This document shows, piece by piece, positions 49,935 to 54,655 of a stretch of 54,655 bases of DNA. A program made the position numbers and the translations under genes. Under the pieces are notes generated by a model. It made no database searches. It had not been told where the DNA came from and saw only the letters and a list, made by a program, of their open reading frames with translations. This stretch comes from an uncultured bacterium (GTDB lineage Bacteria > CAYUVA01): assembly GCA_964448115.1 (NCBI GenBank), contig CAYUVA010000032.1:1-54655 (forward strand), written 5' to 3'. The stretch's first letter is position 1, and every line of letters begins with the position of its first letter.

Positions 49935-49967
49935 GTAGGGGCAATTCAATTCTTTGAATTGCCCCTA
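49935..49967. repeat. GTAG-type REP-like palindrome / bidirectional hairpin between convergent genes
   Basis: 14-bp perfect stem TAGGGGCAATTCAA / TTGAATTGCCCCTA with a 4-nt loop, starting with GTAG. Confidence 0.6.
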
Positions 49968-50013
49968 TTTATTGTCAACCCTCTAACAAGGAGTACTATT
50001 TGGGTTGGTTTTC

Positions 50014-51408
50014 CTACATGCTTTCAAGCTCAAAGGGATCGGTCGTGTAGGGTGTGATCCTCTCCATTACAATGCGCAGGTTGGTCTCTCCCATGCGCTT
50101 GATAACAGCGATGATCCTGCCATCCCGCTTCTCGAAGCTAGCCGGATAGTTGATATCCACTATGGTATAGCCTGCGGGGATGGCGACCTCGATGCGGCTG
50201 AATGTAGTCGTGCGCTCGAAGACCAGTTGATTAAGCTCGTTCAGATAATATGAGCCTTCGTGATAGTAGATCATATCCAGCCAATAACGATCAAGCTCAC
50301 GGCGAAAATCTGGCTGATCGCTGCGCACCATTACCGTAGGATATTCGTTGTTTGAGAACTCCGCTGTAAGCTCCAACTCCTCCATGGTGTCAAAGGCATC
50401 GAATGCCCGAACCTTGGTATCTGGAGTGGAGGCTCTGACTGCGAAATTGGACACCGGCCACATGGTGGTTACATAGAACAGCCCCAGCTCATCGGATAGA
50501 TCATAATGAACCAGCGGCATCTGCTCCACTAGATCCTGCTCCACCTTAGACATCACTGCACGCAGATGATCCAGGTTTGCCTTACTGTTAAACTCTACCC
50601 CGATATCGTGAGCCATCTCATCCAGATAACCGGGGATAGGTGCAGCAGAGGCTAGCGCAACTGATTCTGCTGATAAGCGAAGATCGCCCTCTTCAAGAGC
50701 CTTGAAGCCGATCTTATCGACCACCATGTCTCCCTCGCCGATGCCGATTCCACGGCAGTCCTGTTGATTATCGCTGAAGATATTGCTGTCCATGTAAGGC
50801 TCAGCTCCTGCGCCAGCCATGACCCCAAACCTGTTGCCGCTAAAGATATTATTCACTATCGATGGACCGGTTGGCCACCAAGTCCAGACGCCGGTCTCAT
50901 TGTTCATAAGATTATTGTGAGCGATCAAGGGCATGGAGCTATTGCAGGCGATTGCACCCAGTCCGCCGTTATTCTTGAAGATATTGTTCAGAATAACCGC
51001 GCCGGATCCGCTGACATGAACACCGATGTGACGGTTATCCTCGATAATGTTGTTGAAGACGCCAGTCAAGGAGTGCCTGGTGTCAACACCGATAACACCG
51101 TTTCTTATTGTAAAGCCGATAATCATAGCGTTATTGGCGCCGGTAACAACCGTTCCCTCGCCGTTACCATCTAGTATGGTCGCTCCAGCACCCTCACCCA
51201 TCAAGATAACGCCCTCAGCGAGCTTGATGTGCTCATGATAGATGCCGGCTGGCACGCGCACAATCTCCCCAGGATAGGCGGCATCGATCGCCTTTTGAAT
51301 GGAGAATACCTCTTGAGTGATAGCCTGCTGCCCCGCGCCAGCCAGGCAGAAAAGGCTCATTAACACTGCAATGGTTAAAGTCGAGATGGTTGTTGATCTC
51401 ATTGTCAT
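50014..51408 (-). CDS. Secreted right-handed parallel beta-helix protein (NosD/pectate lyase-like) with unknown C-terminal domain
   Basis: Signal peptide, SIQKAIDAA.PG..V.V.AG.Y.E, repeated NN.I..N motifs; SD GAGGAGG. Confidence 0.75.
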   Translation of the reverse strand: MTMRSTTISTLTIAVLMSLFCLAGAGQQAITQEVFSIQKAIDAAYPGEIVRVPAGIYHEHIKLAEGVILMGEGAGATILDGNGEGTVVTGANNAMIIGFTIRNGVIGVDTRHSLTGVFNNIIEDNRHIGVHVSGSGAVILNNIFKNNGGLGAIACNSSMPLIAHNNLMNNETGVWTWWPTGPSIVNNIFSGNRFGVMAGAGAEPYMDSNIFSDNQQDCRGIGIGEGDMVVDKIGFKALEEGDLRLSAESVALASAAPIPGYLDEMAHDIGVEFNSKANLDHLRAVMSKVEQDLVEQMPLVHYDLSDELGLFYVTTMWPVSNFAVRASTPDTKVRAFDAFDTMEELELTAEFSNNEYPTVMVRSDQPDFRRELDRYWLDMIYYHEGSYYLNELNQLVFERTTTFSRIEVAIPAGYTIVDINYPASFEKRDGRIIAVIKRMGETNLRIVMERITPYTTDPFELESM

Positions 51409-51451
51409 GTCCCTCCTCGAATGTTACACAACCTTTCTGTAGTTATATCAT

Positions 51452-51480
51452 AATATAAGACCTAATCGATCTTATGTCAA
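51452..51480 (-). promoter_or_regulatory. Sigma-70 promoter TTGACA-17-TATATT for the beta-helix gene
   Basis: Perfect -35, 17-nt spacer and near-consensus -10 in the 77-bp gap after the E1 gene. Confidence 0.5.
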
Positions 51481-51485
51481 GTCCT

Positions 51486-52658
51486 TCATGTTAAAATACT
51501 CATCTCCTCGATATCTCCGCTTAGCTCGAAGTGATAGAATCTCTTGTCAGCGATCCTGGCTGTGTAGATATCCAATAGCGGTAAACCGACATCGCCCAGG
51601 CTTGTTTCCAACCCACCTTCGCTACCATCCAGATTATTGATCAGCACTATGTCCTTAACCTTGCCGCAGCTTGAGCAGGTTATCGATAGATCATCGAAAT
51701 GCTTCATAGAACGCATGGGAAGCTCGGTTGTACCGCAATTCGGGCAGTTAAGCTCATAGACGATCTCATGGTTAAGCTCCAAGATCGCCTTTCTACCCAG
51801 CTTTTTCTTCCCGATGCGAACAAGATCGCCAAGAGTCAGGTCTTTTGATTTTAGTGGTAACTCATCGATTTCATCCCAGGATTCATGGCTGAGGCAGTCC
51901 GGCTTGATGCTGTAATCAACCAGGTAGCTTTGGAAGTTCAGACCATTGATGAAGTAGCCACTTCCATTAAGTGCATGTAAACCCTTGGGATCATGGATTA
52001 TCTTTATTGCCTCTTGTACTTGCAGACCGCCAACTATTGAGCTTATGGTCGGAGTAGTCGGTACTGCTGTATCAGGGAGCCTTTGTTTTAACAACTGGCA
52101 GGATCTGCGCTCTTTGATCGCCTCGTAGTCCTCGTCGGTAAGTGTGCACTCATAGCATGGATACCTAGGTGGTATGAAACCTCTAACTACGCCCTCGAAG
52201 ATGCTGATCCCTCCATCCACCCAAGGCGTTTGCACCTTGTAACAGCACCTATTGATAAACAGCCTCGCCTCTCGATTATCAAGCGCACCGATAACCACAT
52301 CCATGCGTCTTATGACTCCAAGACCGATCTCGTACAGCACATTGCCATCAATGGCTTGGATGCTGATATCATTATTAAGCTCGGTAGCTCTTTGCGCAGC
52401 GACATGCGCCTTTGACTTGCCGACATCTTGTTCTCTAAACAGCACTGAGCGGGTAAGGTTGGTAGCCTCAACCTTGTCGAAGTCTATCACCAGGATTCTT
52501 CCTGCGCCCAGCAAAGCCAGATTCTTGAGTATCTCGTTGCCCAGCGCTCCGGCTCCCACGACCAGAAACCGTGCATTGATTATTTTATCCTGATTCCACC
52601 AGGAAATTATGCGAAGGCGGGAGTACTTATCTGCTAAAATCCTCTTAGGAGAACTCAT
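51486..52658 (-). CDS. E1-like ubiquitin/Ubl-activating enzyme (ThiF/MoeB/E1 superfamily) with extended C-terminus
   Basis: YSR arginine finger, VVGAGALG, D.D.VE.TNL.R, LDNREAR, CYEC followed by RRSC (candidate catalytic Cys), additional CPNC/CSSC. Confidence 0.88.
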   Translation of the reverse strand: MSSPKRILADKYSRLRIISWWNQDKIINARFLVVGAGALGNEILKNLALLGAGRILVIDFDKVEATNLTRSVLFREQDVGKSKAHVAAQRATELNNDISIQAIDGNVLYEIGLGVIRRMDVVIGALDNREARLFINRCCYKVQTPWVDGGISIFEGVVRGFIPPRYPCYECTLTDEDYEAIKERRSCQLLKQRLPDTAVPTTPTISSIVGGLQVQEAIKIIHDPKGLHALNGSGYFINGLNFQSYLVDYSIKPDCLSHESWDEIDELPLKSKDLTLGDLVRIGKKKLGRKAILELNHEIVYELNCPNCGTTELPMRSMKHFDDLSITCSSCGKVKDIVLINNLDGSEGGLETSLGDVGLPLLDIYTARIADKRFYHFELSGDIEEMSILT

Positions 52659-53188
52659 ATATACTTCTTGCGGTAGCTATCCTTTTTCTTCCAGAAGATA
52701 TGATATATGTACCATCTCTTTTCAGTGATATCTCTTTTGTCAAGTGGGAACATCTTCTTGTTATGCTTTGCCCAGTTTGCCGCCTCTATGTTAGCAGGAC
52801 TTTCCAGGTTATAGTTCTTATATTGCAATACCTCCCCTAAGCGAAGGATATAGTTAGCCATATCCTCCGAGGCTCTGAAGGCTGAGCTGAAGGCGCAGAA
52901 CTTGCTGCTGTTGGGATAGATGTTCGGGTGATAATGAGGGCTTAGGATCGTGCAGGTAGGTCCAACATCGAAATAATTATATCCTAAGTGGATAACACAG
53001 ATAACCTTCTTTACCTCGATGAAGTTGCCGTCCTTAAGCCCTATACCGTTGACCTTGTAGATTACAAGGTACTCATCCGGGGGATCTTTCTTGTTTGGAT
53101 ATACCTTTATCCAACGGGTCTTGCGAAAGGTCTTCTTTATCTGTTGATATTCGGCTCTCAGCCTTCTTAATAAGATTGCCGATGTCAT
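52655..53188 (-). CDS. E2-like ubiquitin-conjugating (UBC fold) protein
   Basis: RRL..E first helix, YHPNIY followed by Cys (HPNIYPNSSKFC), NLESPANIEAA. Confidence 0.82.
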   Translation of the reverse strand: MTSAILLRRLRAEYQQIKKTFRKTRWIKVYPNKKDPPDEYLVIYKVNGIGLKDGNFIEVKKVICVIHLGYNYFDVGPTCTILSPHYHPNIYPNSSKFCAFSSAFRASEDMANYILRLGEVLQYKNYNLESPANIEAANWAKHNKKMFPLDKRDITEKRWYIYHIFWKKKDSYRKKYI

Positions 53189-53190
53189 TG

Positions 53191-54552
53191 TTACTTATTC
53201 TGCGTATATAAGCGTTCCTTTGGCGGAAGGTAAATCTCACTTCCAATCCTTATTTTATTTGGATCCTCCAGACCGTTGTACTCAGCAACTAGTTTTGTGA
53301 ACTCCCAGGTCGAATTGCCATAATAATTCAGGCAGATCTCGGTGAGTGTATCCCCCGGCGCGATTATTATCACCATCTCGTCTCCCTTTGGATAAAATCG
53401 AGTGGCTTCGGGGATAGCAGTAGGAGTAGGCTGGAGTTCCTCTTCTTTTTTTTTAGTCTCGTCAAGAAGTGTTTGGATCATAACCTGCTGGATATTAATC
53501 AGTTTTTGTATCTCCTTCAAGTCATTTATTCCAGGCATTTGTTTCAGGCGCTCCAGGTAAAGCTGTTGTGCTTGGGTAGTAGTTTCCTTTACCTGGCGTA
53601 CTGCCTGATCCACCTCTGTGTTCCTCTTATTCTGTTGCTGTATGTTATAGCGCTGGATCATTAACAAAGCGATTAGATTGATCAGCAGGAATACGAAAAT
53701 TATCAAAGCTACCTTGATGCTATTCTTGAGCAGCTTTTTACCTTTTATATGATAATACTGTTTCTCCTCTTGGAGCAACATCTGCTTGAAGAACTGCTTG
53801 AACTCACGATCCAGGGTGCTGGTGATAGTTGTAATAATCTCATTTCGCACCTCAGCCCTGGTTTCGTATTCAGCGATAAGCTCGTAATTCTTGTTCTCCT
53901 CGATGAACTTGGAGGTATCCAGTCCATAAAGGCTGCTCTTGCGCAGTCCGCAAATATAGACTTGAGTAACCGACTTAACATTGCCATTTCTCTGGTTAAA
54001 TACGCCTACCTCGTTGCGGACAGGATCGACCACGATTGCGACCTGCCATTCCCTGGGAAAGAAATTGCTCTGGATGAATTGATCCGCCTTGGATAGAAAA
54101 ACTCCGAAGTTTGGATGCGAGTGATACCAGCCGAGGATCTGTAGCTCTGGATAGGTCGTATCCCTCTTGTGGTGGATGTGTTCAAGGGCATCGGTAGTGA
54201 ACTTGAAGCTGGCTACACCCTCCTCGCCTTTGCGGGCTGGGATAGTCTTCATTACCTCGATGAACCGCTTACCGCTCTCTTCGTCCTTGCGCAAGAAGCC
54301 TAGAAGAATGCCGCCGACCTCCTGACTCCTGTGCAGCTTTGTATGGTCGTAGATCTCTGAGTAAGCGGTGGTGCTTAGAAAGACCTTGAAATCCTCAGAG
54401 TCAACCCCCACACCTGGAACACCTAGTGGTGCAGCCCATAGGTGGTCGTTCTCAACTGGTTCGAGCTGAACGGTAGCCTCGGTCTCCAGGCTCTTGATCA
54501 GCTTGAAGGTGCACGCTGGAGCCTCTTGTTTTTCATCTTCCATTTCTTCCAT
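53191..54552 (-). CDS. JAB/MPN+ metallo-isopeptidase fused to a TM helix, coiled coil and LysM domain
   Basis: EVGGILLG and GWYHSHPNFGVFLSKAD (HxHx7Sx2D); TM at about aa 281-299; Q/E/K-rich coil; PGDTL..I...YYG...N.L.DPN.I..G..I.LP. Confidence 0.88.
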   Translation of the reverse strand: MEEMEDEKQEAPACTFKLIKSLETEATVQLEPVENDHLWAAPLGVPGVGVDSEDFKVFLSTTAYSEIYDHTKLHRSQEVGGILLGFLRKDEESGKRFIEVMKTIPARKGEEGVASFKFTTDALEHIHHKRDTTYPELQILGWYHSHPNFGVFLSKADQFIQSNFFPREWQVAIVVDPVRNEVGVFNQRNGNVKSVTQVYICGLRKSSLYGLDTSKFIEENKNYELIAEYETRAEVRNEIITTITSTLDREFKQFFKQMLLQEEKQYYHIKGKKLLKNSIKVALIIFVFLLINLIALLMIQRYNIQQQNKRNTEVDQAVRQVKETTTQAQQLYLERLKQMPGINDLKEIQKLINIQQVMIQTLLDETKKKEEELQPTPTAIPEATRFYPKGDEMVIIIAPGDTLTEICLNYYGNSTWEFTKLVAEYNGLEDPNKIRIGSEIYLPPKERLYTQNK

Positions 54553-54605
54553 CGTATGATATTATATAGGAAAACAAATCAAATTGCCATAGTTAATCAA
54601 GAGTT

Positions 54606-54624
54606 CCAGCTCTGAAGAATTGAT
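54606..54624. repeat. 19-bp repeat CCAGCTCTGAAGAATTGAT, inverted copy of 35-53
   Basis: Direct comparison of the two window ends. Confidence 0.85.
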
Positions 54625-54655
54625 CTGAATTGAAATAGCGAATCCATAGGATGAT

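Noticed and set aside
51486-54552. CBASS type II (Cap2/Cap3) or a ThiF/MoeB cofactor-biosynthesis locus
   Set aside because: No CD-NTase or effector, E1 and E2 are separate genes, and there are no thiamine, molybdopterin or cysteine synthesis genes or rhodanese domain adjacent
35-54624. The whole window as a single transposon or genomic island bounded by the inverted repeats
   Set aside because: The content is largely core housekeeping (mfd, mutM, rsmI, lptFG) with no transposase or integrase; flanking repeat copies causing contig breaks are more parsimonious
54603-54655. CRISPR array at the right edge
   Set aside because: Only one repeat-like unit is visible, the second copy is inverted at the far end, and no cas genes are present; kept only as an alternative hypothesis

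Overview
A gene-dense bacterial chromosomal segment from a diderm, probably anaerobic organism (fused LptF/G, RfaE2, tungsten-type aldehyde:ferredoxin oxidoreductase, FeoB). It is mostly housekeeping (mfd, mutM, rsmI, pruA, feoB) and cell-surface glycan or modification genes. I saw no rRNA, tRNA, transposase or complete CRISPR array. The most notable locus is at the right end: a tightly coupled three-gene minus-strand operon for a eukaryote-like ubiquitin-type conjugation machinery. It encodes a JAB/MPN+ isopeptidase fused to a transmembrane helix, coiled coil and LysM domain, a UBC-type E2 with HPN motif and catalytic Cys, and an E1-like enzyme. No ubiquitin-like gene lies in the operon. Second, two unrelated secreted proteases (gingipain-like C25 and subtilisin-like S8) end in the same ~105-aa domain with a terminal (W/Y)PY motif, a candidate uncharacterised sorting or anchoring domain. 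Third, a 19-bp perfect inverted repeat brackets the whole window. Fourth, a ~0.9-kb intergenic region carries a parS-like palindrome and paired IHF-consensus repeats. All family assignments come from motif recognition by eye, not database searches.
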